Virus record (IMG/VR): IMGVR_UViG_3300037466_003063
Origin: an uncultured virus (IMG/VR IMGVR_UViG_3300037466_003063)
Taxonomy: Duplodnaviria; Heunggongvirae; Uroviricota; Caudoviricetes
DNA length: 20,000 bases
Strand: one strand, 5' to 3'
Shown piece after piece: positions 8,154 through 16,906 of this stretch (position 1 is the first letter of the stretch; each line of letters opens with the position of its first letter). Under the pieces are notes generated by a model. The model made no database searches and had not been told where the DNA came from. It worked only from the letters and a program-made list of their open reading frames with translations. Position numbers and translations under genes: made by a program.

Positions 8154-8846
8154 ATGGCCGAGGAAAAGAAACAGGATCCGCGCACTTGTCAGCTGAAGAT
8201 GGTGCGGTTGTCGTTCACGGACGGGCTGAAGGACAAGAAGTCTCCGGTTCGCGACGGCAAGGAGAAGCACAGCTGCAATCTGATCATCGTGCAGTCTGCT
8301 GAGGATGGCGATGCGCTGTCGAAGCAGGCAGCGGCATTGTTCGACGAAAACCAGAAGAAGATCATCGCCTGCATCAAGGAAGCAGGTGACGCTCAGTGGG
8401 GCAAGCCTGACATCTATAAGAGCATCGCCGAAGACGATCCCAAGCGGCTCTGCTTCCGCAAAGGTGAGCGCTTCAAGAACGACGACGGCGAAATCTACAA
8501 GGGTTACGCCGGAAATTGGGGACTGTCCTGCTCTGGCCCCGGTGGCGGCAAGCATCGTCCCAAGATGTATGACCGCCACAAGCGCGACGTGGCCGAGAAC
8601 GACATTCTCGATGTCTGCTACGGCGGCAGCTACGCCGATGTGATCGTGTCTTTCTACGGCACCGACGAGGGCGGCAAGGGCATCTTCTGCTCGGTCGAGG
8701 CGATCCGTTCCCGCCAGGAAGGCACACGGATCGGCGGCGGCATCAACGTCAGCGCCGACGACTTCGACGATCTCGACGATGGCGACGCTTTCGAGGGTAC
8801 GTCGTCGTCTTCGTCATCGAGCAGCAGCGACAGCGACTTCGGTTAA
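8154..8846 (+). CDS. DUF2815 / Enc34-type single-stranded DNA-binding protein
   Basis: VRLSF, RKGE, YKGYAG, YGGSYADVIVSFY, GIFCSVEAIR and an acidic Ser-rich tail. Start reassigned to ATG 8154. Confidence 0.88.
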   Translation: MAEEKKQDPRTCQLKMVRLSFTDGLKDKKSPVRDGKEKHSCNLIIVQSAEDGDALSKQAAALFDENQKKIIACIKEAGDAQWGKPDIYKSIAEDDPKRLCFRKGERFKNDDGEIYKGYAGNWGLSCSGPGGGKHRPKMYDRHKRDVAENDILDVCYGGSYADVIVSFYGTDEGGKGIFCSVEAIRSRQEGTRIGGGINVSADDFDDLDDGDAFEGTSSSSSSSSSDSDFG

Positions 8847-8883
8847 TCGAAACCGGCGGGATTCCCCCTGTTGCCCGCCGGTC

Positions 8884-8922
8884 GGGGAGGTCGCTCATGC
8901 CCCCGAGTGACCTCCCCCTTTT
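8884..8922 (+). terminator. Intrinsic terminator after the SSB gene
   Basis: Stem GGGGAGGTCGCTC (8884-8896)/GAGTGACCTCCCC (8905-8917) followed by CTTTT. Confidence 0.7.
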
Positions 8923-8941
8923 GCGTCTGAGGATCCATCCC

Positions 8942-9508
8942 ATGCTCACTACAATCGAGGCAATTCCCGCGCCATGGAAAAGCGCACTTTCGGCAATCCA
9001 GAAGATCGACCTCAACGCCGTCATAGCCGGAGGCTGTCTGCGCGATCTCGATAACGGTCGCGAGGTCAAAGACATCGACATCTTCGTGGAGGGTCGAAGC
9101 GCGGACGCGCTTTTCGGTCTGCACAGGCAACTTGTCGATGCAGGTCTCGATTGCGCGGAAATCGATCCAGAGAAAATGTACCCGATCGGTGACGGCAACG
9201 ATCTGATTGGCTGTATCGACATCACGTTCGATGAGTGTCCTCCGCTGCAAGTCATCATGGTTTATTGGCCGCTCGATCGTCTTCTGGAACGTTTCGACTT
9301 TGGCATCTGCAAGGTCTCCTTCGACGGCCAGTGTCTTACATTCCATCAGGACTATTCCGCCGACAAGCGCGAGCAGGTCTTCAGGCTGCGCCGCGAGCGG
9401 ACAGGCAGCGAACTGGTCGCTTCAGTGCATCGCTTTGCGCGCCTGAATCGCAAGTACGAAAATTGGCGGTTTGAACTCTACACGCCGGATGATTCCGACT
9501 TCTTCTGA
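8942..9508 (+). CDS. Nucleotidyltransferase, CCA-adding/poly(A) polymerase head-domain-like (188 aa)
   Basis: Class II NTase signature IAGGCLRD...KDIDIF and downstream ERFDFGIC. Start reassigned to ATG 8942 because the longer start lies within a terminator. Confidence 0.8.
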   Translation: MLTTIEAIPAPWKSALSAIQKIDLNAVIAGGCLRDLDNGREVKDIDIFVEGRSADALFGLHRQLVDAGLDCAEIDPEKMYPIGDGNDLIGCIDITFDECPPLQVIMVYWPLDRLLERFDFGICKVSFDGQCLTFHQDYSADKREQVFRLRRERTGSELVASVHRFARLNRKYENWRFELYTPDDSDFF

Positions 9509-11466
9509 TGAGCGACAAACCAACTCTCATCGTCGATACCGAGAACTACCACCAGTTCTACTTCGCTGGCTTCAAGCGCCTCAGCGACGGGAAGACGGTG
9601 GGCATCGAGATGTCGCGCCGCACCCCGCGCGAGGACGATGACGCTAAGCGATCGCGCGTCCGCGGCATTCTGCTGCAGAACCGCATCGTCACTTTCAACG
9701 GTCTCGGCTACGACCTTCCGCTGCTCTGGTACTTCGTCACCGGCGCCACGAACGAAGAACTCAAGGCAGCGAACGACCGCATCATCAACGGACGCGTCCG
9801 CCCGTGGCAGGTCGAGGAGATGCTTGGGGTTCGTGTCCCCAAAGACCTCGACCACATCGATCTCATTGAGCCGCAGCCGAATCCATTCGTCAGCCTGAAG
9901 ACCCTCAACGGTCGTCTGCATGGTGAGCGGATGCAGGATCTTCCCGTAGACCCTGACTCGCCGCTCACCGATGAGCAGATGGACACGCTCATCGACTACT
10001 GTCTCAACTCAGACATTCCGGCGACTGAACGGCTGTGGCACGCCTTGGCTGAGCCGATCGCGATGCGCGAGGCAATCGGCCGCGACTACAGCACTGACTT
10101 CCGTTCCAAGTCCGACGCGCAGATGGGCGAGGCGATGATCAAGCGCCGCGTCGAACAGAAGCTCGGCGAGCGCGTGCAGAAGGTCAACACGCCGCCTGGA
10201 ACGACGTTCAAGTTCCCCATTCCGCCGTACATCAGCTACCAGCATCCGGACCTGGTTGCGATGCTCGAACGGCTGCGCGAGACATCGTTCTACGTCGAGC
10301 ACGACGGCAAGGTCGAGCTTCCCGGCTGGCTTGACGGCAAGCACATCGCCATCGGCGAGTCGACGTACGCGATGGGCATCGGCGGGCTGCACTCGACCGA
10401 GTCCAACCGCTCGATCTACGCCGATGAGGACAGCGTGCTCGTCGATGTCGACGTGGCATCCTACTACCCGGCAATCATCATCAATTCGGGTCTGTACCCG
10501 AAATCCCTCGGCCCCGATTTCATCGACGTATTCCGCGGCATCCGCGACGAGCGCGTCGCAGCCAAAGCGGCGAAGAACAAGACGGTCGAGGCCGGCCTGA
10601 AGATCGCGCTGAACGGCTGCTTCGGGAAGCTCGGCAGCCCGTACTCGGTGCTGTACGCGCCGCACCTGATGATCGCCACGACGCTGACCGGTCAGCTGGC
10701 GCTCCTGATGCTCATCGATCGCGCCGAGCAGGCAGGCATCTCCGTCGTGTCGGCGAACACCGATGGCGTCGTGTTCCGCTGCCCGCGCGAGGAATGTTCA
10801 TTCCCGATCGAGAAGACGCGTTTCGAGGGCGAGGGCATTCTGCGCGACATCGTCGAACAGTGGGAGCGCGACACGGGATTCGTGCTCGAAGCGACCGAGT
10901 ATCTGTCGCTGCACAATTCCTCGGTGAACAGCTACATCGCGATCAAGCCGGACGGGAAGACGAAGATCAAAGGGCCGCTGCGCACGCCGCGGCACGAGGA
11001 CCCGCCCGACATGCGCGCCCAACTGATGAAGAATCCGCAGGCGGAGATCGTGTCGCTGGCGGTCCAGGCGCTCATCACGAAGGGAACGCCGCTCTACGAC
11101 ACTATCAGCGGCTCGCGCGACATCCGCGACTTCGTGACGGTCATCAAGGTCGACGGCGGTGCGACCTGGCGTGGAGGTTACCTCGGCAAGACCGTGCGCT
11201 TCTATTGGGCAACGGACGGCTGCGAAATCCTGCGCGCGAAGGGCCACTGGAAGACCGGCACGCACGGCAAGGTGCCGAAGACTGACGGCTGTCGACCGCT
11301 GATGGATCTCCCCGAGGAGTTCCCGACCGACATCGATTACGACCGCTACGTCGCCGAAGCCGAGGAAGTGCTGATGGACATCGGCTACGTGCGGCGCCCG
11401 CCGGTGATCAAGCCGCTCAGGGTCTGGAAACACTCAGCCGTGCTCTGGTGGGCGCTCGCGGCCTGA
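9508..11466 (+). CDS. Family B DNA polymerase with 3'-5' exonuclease
   Basis: ExoI DTE, ExoII FNGLGYD, ExoIII YCLNSD; motif A DVASYYP, motif B KIALNGCFG, motif C NTDG. Confidence 0.92.
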   Translation: MSDKPTLIVDTENYHQFYFAGFKRLSDGKTVGIEMSRRTPREDDDAKRSRVRGILLQNRIVTFNGLGYDLPLLWYFVTGATNEELKAANDRIINGRVRPWQVEEMLGVRVPKDLDHIDLIEPQPNPFVSLKTLNGRLHGERMQDLPVDPDSPLTDEQMDTLIDYCLNSDIPATERLWHALAEPIAMREAIGRDYSTDFRSKSDAQMGEAMIKRRVEQKLGERVQKVNTPPGTTFKFPIPPYISYQHPDLVAMLERLRETSFYVEHDGKVELPGWLDGKHIAIGESTYAMGIGGLHSTESNRSIYADEDSVLVDVDVASYYPAIIINSGLYPKSLGPDFIDVFRGIRDERVAAKAAKNKTVEAGLKIALNGCFGKLGSPYSVLYAPHLMIATTLTGQLALLMLIDRAEQAGISVVSANTDGVVFRCPREECSFPIEKTRFEGEGILRDIVEQWERDTGFVLEATEYLSLHNSSVNSYIAIKPDGKTKIKGPLRTPRHEDPPDMRAQLMKNPQAEIVSLAVQALITKGTPLYDTISGSRDIRDFVTVIKVDGGATWRGGYLGKTVRFYWATDGCEILRAKGHWKTGTHGKVPKTDGCRPLMDLPEEFPTDIDYDRYVAEAEEVLMDIGYVRRPPVIKPLRVWKHSAVLWWALAA

Positions 11467-11469
11467 GCC

Positions 11470-12942
11470 GTGTTCCAGCAGAACATCCTGCTGTCGATCG
11501 CGACGTGCGCACCGCTGCCGGTCTACGAGGGAGCGCCGTTCTCCGAAGCAGCAATCCACCAGTGGTCGCTGCGTGACTATCAGGTCGCGCTGCTCACCGA
11601 AGTCGCGCGGCTCATGGCACTCGGCTACCGGCGCATCCTCATCCAGCTGCCGACCGGCGGCGGCAAGACGCGCATGGCCGGCGCGATGCTCGGCAGCATC
11701 GATGGAACCGGCCAGTTCATCGTTCACCGCAAGGAACTGATCGACCAGACCAGCAGCACGTTCGACGAACTCGGCATTCGACACGGCTTCATCGCCGCAG
11801 GGCGACCGGATGACTTCGCGCCGGTGATGCTGGCCGGCGTGCAAACGCTTGTGAATCGCCTCGGGCTGCCTCCGGACCTCGCGATCATCGACGAGGCGCA
11901 TCACGCGACCGCGTCATCCTGGGACCGTATCATGGAGCATTACTATGACTCCTATGCCCTAGGTCTGAGCGCGACGCCGGAACGCCTCGACGGTCGCGGC
12001 CTGCAGGATCACTTCGACGTGATAGTCTGCGGCCCCTCGACCGCCTGGTTGATCGAGCACGGCTACCTGTCGCCGTACAGCTACTATGCGCCGAGCCTGC
12101 CCGACCTTACCGGAGTCCACACCGTCGCCGGCGACTTCAACCGCGGCGAACTCGCGCACGCGATGGACAAGCCGAAGCTCATCGGCGACGTGGTCGAGCA
12201 TTACTTGCAGCTGGCCTCGGGCAAGCAGGGCATCGTCTTCGGCGCGAGCCGCGAACACAGCCGCAACCTCGCCGACGCATTCGCCTTCAACGGCGTTCGA
12301 GCGGCGCACGTCGACGGTTCCATGGGCGACAAGCAGCGCAAAAGCATTGTCGACGCGTTCCGCGAAGGAGCGCTCGACGTGATGACCAACGTCGATTTGT
12401 TCGGCGAGGGATTTGACGTGCCTGGAATCGTCTATGTCGGGCTGGCTCGACCGACGAAATCCCTCGCGCTGTTCCTGCAGCAGGTCGGCCGCGGCCTTCG
12501 CGTGATACCGGGCAAAACCGAAGCGGTCATCTGCGATCATGCCGGCAATGCGTTCCGCCACGGCCTGCCCGACGACGAGCGCGAATGGAAGCTCGAAGGC
12601 CGACCGAAGCAGGCCCGCGGCGCTCCGGCAGATGCGTTTCCCATCCGCCAGTGCGAAACTTGCTTCCGCATTTCCCCGAGCAGCGTCCGCGAGTGTCCCG
12701 GCTGCGGTGAGGAATTCCCGATTCAGGTTCGCGAGCTACGGCAGGAAGCCGGAAAGCTCACCAAGCTCGAACGCGAGGAGCTTCGCAAGGCAGCCTCTCG
12801 CCGGCGGAAAGCCGAGGAGAAGGAATGCAAGACCTATGAGCAGTTCAAGTCGCTGGCGATCGCCCGCGGCTACGATCACCCGCACGCTTGGGCGAAGATG
12901 AAAATGTCGTTCAAGAACGGCGGTTATCGCAGGAGAGTTTGA
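11470..12942 (+). CDS. SF2 DEAH helicase with C-terminal Zn finger (RadD/YejH-like)
   Basis: LRDYQ, PTGGGKT, DEAHH, SAT, EGFDVP, QQVGRGLR, CETC...CPGC. Exact start uncertain. Confidence 0.92.
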   Translation: MFQQNILLSIATCAPLPVYEGAPFSEAAIHQWSLRDYQVALLTEVARLMALGYRRILIQLPTGGGKTRMAGAMLGSIDGTGQFIVHRKELIDQTSSTFDELGIRHGFIAAGRPDDFAPVMLAGVQTLVNRLGLPPDLAIIDEAHHATASSWDRIMEHYYDSYALGLSATPERLDGRGLQDHFDVIVCGPSTAWLIEHGYLSPYSYYAPSLPDLTGVHTVAGDFNRGELAHAMDKPKLIGDVVEHYLQLASGKQGIVFGASREHSRNLADAFAFNGVRAAHVDGSMGDKQRKSIVDAFREGALDVMTNVDLFGEGFDVPGIVYVGLARPTKSLALFLQQVGRGLRVIPGKTEAVICDHAGNAFRHGLPDDEREWKLEGRPKQARGAPADAFPIRQCETCFRISPSSVRECPGCGEEFPIQVRELRQEAGKLTKLEREELRKAASRRRKAEEKECKTYEQFKSLAIARGYDHPHAWAKMKMSFKNGGYRRRV

Positions 12943-13313
12943 TGAGCCGTTCAGAACGATCAATCCTCGCCGAGACGCTGTGCAAAGTATCGGCGATGCC
13001 AGAGACGCTGATCTATAGGCAGAATACGGGGCAGGCTTGGACCGGCAGACCCGTCAACGCGATGGTCGGCAGCTATCTGCGTGTTGAACCTGGCATGAAG
13101 ATCCTCGCTCAGGCGCGACCGATCGACTTCGGTCTCGCAGGTGCGGGAGACGCGTGCGGAGTCAGTCGCGGTCGCGCCGTGCAGATTGAAATGAAAACTT
13201 TGACGGGTAGGCAGCGTGAAGTGCAGCAGCATTTCGAACGCGCGTGGGTCAAGGCAGGCGGCATCTACATTCTAGCTAGGGACGCTGACACTGTTGTTAA
13301 CCATTTGAAATAG
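12942..13313 (+). CDS. VRR-NUC domain nuclease (123 aa)
   Basis: GAGD...IEMKTLTGRQREVQ...F...GG motif. ATG 12942 overlaps the helicase stop (TGATG). Confidence 0.85.
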   Translation: MSRSERSILAETLCKVSAMPETLIYRQNTGQAWTGRPVNAMVGSYLRVEPGMKILAQARPIDFGLAGAGDACGVSRGRAVQIEMKTLTGRQREVQQHFERAWVKAGGIYILARDADTVVNHLK

Positions 13314-13320
13314 GCTGTTT

Positions 13321-13361
13321 TCAACTTTAACTTGACAAAGCAACACCAAGGCTCATATATG
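13321..13361 (+). promoter_or_regulatory. Repressor gene promoter with overlapping operator
   Basis: TTGACA (13332-13337) with an AT-rich -10 region (CATATATG) 16-18 nt downstream. Operator-like TCAACTTTAACTTGA (13321-13335). Confidence 0.65.
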
Positions 13362-13423
13362 CTCAGGCGCAAAATGGTTTAACTTTCGTTAACGGTATTG
13401 CGCCGCAACAAGGGGAGTTTTAA

Positions 13424-14185
13424 GTGCTAATGACAACGACCACTGAAGTCCGCCCGCCGAAGCGGTCCTCTGTGGCGCCTACAGGGAAGCCAGGGAGTCA
13501 GCTAATCCAAGCGCCGCAGGCCCGCGTCATTCGGGATCCAGCCTTTGCTCATCGCCTCGAAAGTGCGTGCGATGCGCATCCTCATGCTCCGGATAAACAT
13601 CGCGGCCGCCTCGGCTGGCTGAAGGAGATGATGAAGAAGCAGGGTGTCGAGGTAAGCCACGAAACGTGCCGTAAGTGGTTTGCCGGCGAAGCTCGCCCGC
13701 GACCTGACAAGATGAACATTCTTGCCCAGGTGCTCGAAGTCGATCCTGCATGGCTTGCCATGGGTATCGATCCCGAGCTTCAGCCACACGAGCGGAAGGT
13801 GCGCAACGCGATGGCTGATGGCACCGTGAACCTGATTGCTGGCTTCGTGCAGATGGATGGCGGCTATCCGGCGTTCCCTGATGACGATGATCCTCGGGCG
13901 AATGCGGACAATGTCGACCTCTATGCGATCATCCGTGGCGTCAATTACGGCTTTCATGTCGTACTCGGCGAGAAGACTGATGCGGGTCTTCGGTTCCTGA
14001 TTCCAGCGGCTCACACGAACGTCGTCGTACTCGGCGTCATCCGTCTTACGTCGTTTCAGATTCAGGTCTACGAGCTTCAGGGCGATGTCATCAGGAAGTT
14101 CGGCAATAATCGTGGCGGCGCGATCGAGGTGGTGGCCGAGCCATCTGATCTGCGCAAGATCGATAACTTCCGCGAGCGGCTTTAA
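13424..14185 (+). CDS. XRE/cI-like HTH repressor with uncharacterised C-terminal domain
   Basis: HTH VSHETCRKWFAGEARPRPDKMNILAQVLEVDPAWLAMG. Has its own promoter, RBS GGGGAG and terminator. Confidence 0.82.
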   Translation: MLMTTTTEVRPPKRSSVAPTGKPGSQLIQAPQARVIRDPAFAHRLESACDAHPHAPDKHRGRLGWLKEMMKKQGVEVSHETCRKWFAGEARPRPDKMNILAQVLEVDPAWLAMGIDPELQPHERKVRNAMADGTVNLIAGFVQMDGGYPAFPDDDDPRANADNVDLYAIIRGVNYGFHVVLGEKTDAGLRFLIPAAHTNVVVLGVIRLTSFQIQVYELQGDVIRKFGNNRGGAIEVVAEPSDLRKIDNFRERL

Positions 14186-14209
14186 GAACAAGGGGAGTTA
14201 CGCGACGCG

Positions 14210-14243
14210 GAAAAGGGCGGTGGCTTCGGTTGCCGCCCTTTTT
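14210..14243. terminator. Bidirectional intrinsic terminator
   Basis: AAAAGGGCGGTGGC-TTCG-GTTGCCGCCCTTTTT. Confidence 0.88.
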
Positions 14244-14345
14244 GTTGTGCGCTGCAGCGTCAATTCAACTTTAAGTTGACTGAAGCGGTTGAAAGTTGTA
14301 GGTCCGATTCGTTGAGTCGATAAAGGGGAAAATGTAGGCGTGACA

Positions 14346-14507
14346 ATGGTCTTTGCATTCACTGTGCCGAAGCCAGAAGCTGAAGCGGTCATCGTCTACC
14401 AGGATGTGTCATGGCCGATTCAGACTGAGGCCAAGGCTTACAAGCTAGCAAAGCGAGTTGGCGTCCCAGGTTTTTGGAGACTGAAACACAGGGAGGCGCG
14501 TGATTAA
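14346..14507 (+). CDS. Small hypothetical protein (53 aa, MVFAFTVPKPEAEAVIVYQD...)
   Basis: Hand-translated. Lies downstream of the operator/promoter at 14265 and ends 2 nt before the next ATG. Confidence 0.4.
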   Translation: MVFAFTVPKPEAEAVIVYQDVSWPIQTEAKAYKLAKRVGVPGFWRLKHREARD

Positions 14508-14509
14508 GC

Positions 14510-14692
14510 ATGGTTGACGGCTGGTACGGAATCGTTCGCGACGGCGACAGCTGGCGCCCCGTCACGCCTTGCGAGAATCGCCATGCTATCGCGCTCGCCG
14601 ATGCGATCGACAGCGAGGAAGCGACGCATGTCGGCTACTGGACCGGCGAGGTGTGGGAAAACATTGAGGCTCTGGAAGGGGAAGACGCGTGA
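14510..14692 (+). CDS. Small hypothetical protein
   Basis: Its stop overlaps the next GTG start (GTGA). Confidence 0.6.
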   Translation: MVDGWYGIVRDGDSWRPVTPCENRHAIALADAIDSEEATHVGYWTGEVWENIEALEGEDA

Positions 14693-15012
14693 AGAAGTAC
14701 GACCGAGAGTCTTTCCTCGATCTCATGGCCGACAGCCCTACGCCGCTGCCTGTCATGCTCGAAGACCGACGCATGGGCATGTGCAATCACGTAACTGACA
14801 CTCACGTGCTCGTCGATGTTTACAGCGGCAATGACCATGACGCTCAGTTGCACATCCCGTTCAGCAACTTCTTGGACGTGCCGTTGCTCGGCTTGGTTGC
14901 CGGTCTGGAGGGAGTAGACCGTAGCGAAGATGCGAAGGCTCCGAAAGCAACCGGTTTTCCGTCAGAGTTTCAGGAAGCAGTTGCTGCTGTTCGTCGAGGT
15001 GAGGCAGACTAG
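14689..15012 (+). CDS. Hypothetical protein
   Basis: RBS AAGGGG and translational coupling to the upstream ORF. Confidence 0.65.
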   Translation: MKKYDRESFLDLMADSPTPLPVMLEDRRMGMCNHVTDTHVLVDVYSGNDHDAQLHIPFSNFLDVPLLGLVAGLEGVDRSEDAKAPKATGFPSEFQEAVAAVRRGEAD

Positions 15013-15060
15013 TTTCAACAAACAGTTGACTTTTCAATCCGGAGTCACGAAACATGGGGA

Positions 15061-15255
15061 GTGACCAAGCCAGCCCGCTTTCGCCAGTCCGATGTGACGC
15101 GCTTCTTCAAGGGAGCCGAGAAGGCCGGCGTGCAGTTGGCCCGTGTTGAGGTGGATCCTGTTACGGGACGATTGATTGGCGTGGTCGGTGCCGCTGTTGC
15201 TAGCGGTATAGGGGAAGAAGGACCGAACGAATGGGACGCCGCCCTTCAGACATAG
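15061..15255 (+). CDS. Probable excisionase / recombination directionality factor
   Basis: 64 aa protein (MTKPARFRQSDVTR...EWD) that overlaps the integrase start. Function is inferred from position. Confidence 0.6.
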   Translation: MTKPARFRQSDVTRFFKGAEKAGVQLARVEVDPVTGRLIGVVGAAVASGIGEEGPNEWDAALQT

Positions 15256-16373
15256 AGAAGCTGCCGCCTCACGTTTCAGCTTATTCAGATCGACACGGGA
15301 AGCGCCGCTACCGCTATCGCAAGACAGGCGCGAAGACCTACCACTTCAAGGGGCATCCTGGCACACCGCGGCATCCGAGCGAGGAATATAAGCGGGTCGC
15401 TGCTGGCGAGGTGCCTGCCAATGACACGCCGCGAGCAAAGCCTGGAACGATCGACGACCTCGTGATGCGTTGGTACGGGAGCGCCGACTTCAATTCGGCC
15501 TCCGAGCGCACGCGCACGAAGAACCGAGCGATCATTGAGGATTTTCGTTGCAGGTTCGGTACGCTTCACGCGTCGACAATGCGCTTCAGCAATGTCGAAA
15601 CCATCTTGGTCGCCAAGGCGAAAAAGAATGGCAACTCAGGCGGCCCATTTGCGGCTCAACGTCTTCGGAAATTGCTGCGGCGCCTGTTCGAGTTGGCGAT
15701 GAAGCTGCACTCGGCAAAGGTGATCGGATATGAAGGAATGACCGTCAATCCAGTCGAGTTGGCAGATGCTCCAGCTGTTCCGAAGACAAAGGGTTTCCAT
15801 ACCTGGAGCGATGACGAAATCGCTCAGTTCCGCGCCACTCATCCTGTCGGCACAAAGGCGCGCATGGCACTTGAGCTTCTGCGCTGGACACTGCAGCGCG
15901 GCGGTGACGCGAGAACGTTCAGTCCGAAACAGCGGAAGAACGGCCACATCGAAATCTGGAATGAGAAGACAGACAAGTATTCCTGGGTGCCAGAGCCTGC
16001 GCAGCTAACCGAGACGATCGAGGCAATGACGGTCATTGGCACCGAAACGCTGCTCGTCACTCAGTTCGGCAAGCCGTTCACCGAGAAGGGCTTCAGCAAC
16101 TGGTTCAAGAAGCAGTGCGTCGCCGCCGGCCTGCCGCATTGCACTGCTCATGGAGTCCGTAAGTCGACCGCACGCCAACTGGTAGATCACGTCGAGGCGA
16201 CGCAGCAGGAGCTTAAAGCTGCGGGTAACTGGAGTCAGGATCGAGAGGTTGCAACCTACGTTAAGGACGCCAATCAGAAGAAGCTCGCTGGTGCCGCCCT
16301 CACCCGTTTGGCCGAGTGGGATTTGGCGAACCATGGTTCTTCGGTTCGCCAAACAAAAGACTTAGGCGATTGA
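15231..16373 (+). CDS. int: Tyrosine integrase
   Basis: Arm-binding N-terminus DRHGKRRYRYRK; catalytic R (TLQRGGD), K (NEKT), HGVRK, GNW, and Y (VATY). Confidence 0.93.
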   Translation: MGRRPSDIEKLPPHVSAYSDRHGKRRYRYRKTGAKTYHFKGHPGTPRHPSEEYKRVAAGEVPANDTPRAKPGTIDDLVMRWYGSADFNSASERTRTKNRAIIEDFRCRFGTLHASTMRFSNVETILVAKAKKNGNSGGPFAAQRLRKLLRRLFELAMKLHSAKVIGYEGMTVNPVELADAPAVPKTKGFHTWSDDEIAQFRATHPVGTKARMALELLRWTLQRGGDARTFSPKQRKNGHIEIWNEKTDKYSWVPEPAQLTETIEAMTVIGTETLLVTQFGKPFTEKGFSNWFKKQCVAAGLPHCTAHGVRKSTARQLVDHVEATQQELKAAGNWSQDREVATYVKDANQKKLAGAALTRLAEWDLANHGSSVRQTKDLGD

Positions 16374-16507
16374 ATTAGAACAGTTTTTCGGCGTAGGTGG
16401 AGGCCCGAGCCGGAATCACCATTTTGTTGTAAATCAATGGGTTATTTGGCGAACCATCCCAAAACGACCTGTTTCTCCCCTTAGCATCCCTTCGCATTTG
16501 GCGAACC
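16321..16507. repeat. Integrase arm-type repeats and IHF site flanking the att core
   Basis: ATTTGGCGAACC at 16321, 16444 and 16496; inverted GGTTCGCCAAA at 16343-16353. AATCAATGGGTTA (16432-16444) matches the IHF consensus WATCAANNNNTTR. Confidence 0.85.
16398..16417 (-). other. attP core: 3' end of a tRNA, most likely tRNA-Cys
   Basis: The minus strand reads GATTCCGGCTCGGGCCTCCA: partial T-loop, T-stem CCGGC, acceptor strand TCGGGCC, discriminator T and CCA. The rest of the tRNA is absent. Confidence 0.85.
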
Positions 16508-16554
16508 TTTTGGGACATGCCAATGCAACCATACAGTGAGACTGTCCCCAACTT

Positions 16555-16594
16555 TCAATAAACGGTTGAAACTATACACCGACGCGAGTATCCT
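16555..16594 (+). promoter_or_regulatory. Promoter of the packaging operon with overlapping operator
   Basis: TTGAAA (16566-16571), 17 nt spacer, TATCCT (16589-16594). Operator-like TCAATAAACGGTTGA (16555-16569). Confidence 0.65.
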
Positions 16595-16600
16595 CGCGGC

Positions 16601-16906
16601 ATGTCCTTCTGGCTTGCTCTTGCCACTGTTGCGACCGGGTTGCTCATTGGCACGAGTCCGCCTCCTGATCGCTTTCGCGGCAACACGCACGCAACGGTGC
16701 AGTTTGAGACGCCTCGGCACATCAACCAGCTTTGCCGCACCAAAGACACGCCTGCAGGATCTAGGCTGTACGCGTGCATTGCAAGGGACGGACACATCAT
16801 CATGCCCAATCCCTGCGTCTATCCGATGCATCCTGGTTCGTATGACGAACTGCTCTGCCACGAACTCGGCCACATCAATGGTTGGCCTGTGACGCACGGT
16901 CCATGA
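16601..16906 (+). CDS. Small exported protein with HExxH zincin-like motif
   Basis: Signal-like MSFWLALATVATGLLIG, four Cys, and LLCHELGHINGWPVTH. Confidence 0.7.
   Translation: MSFWLALATVATGLLIGTSPPPDRFRGNTHATVQFETPRHINQLCRTKDTPAGSRLYACIARDGHIIMPNPCVYPMHPGSYDELLCHELGHINGWPVTHGP

Noticed and set aside
7097..8185. 362 aa ORF on the - strand
   Set aside because: Antisense shadow of the DUF2800 exonuclease.
8800..8836. TCG/AGC trinucleotide run
   Set aside because: It simply encodes the poly-Ser tail of the SSB; not an independent repeat element.
16398..16417. Complete tRNA gene
   Set aside because: Only the last 20 nt are present; similarity stops within the T-loop, as expected for an att core.
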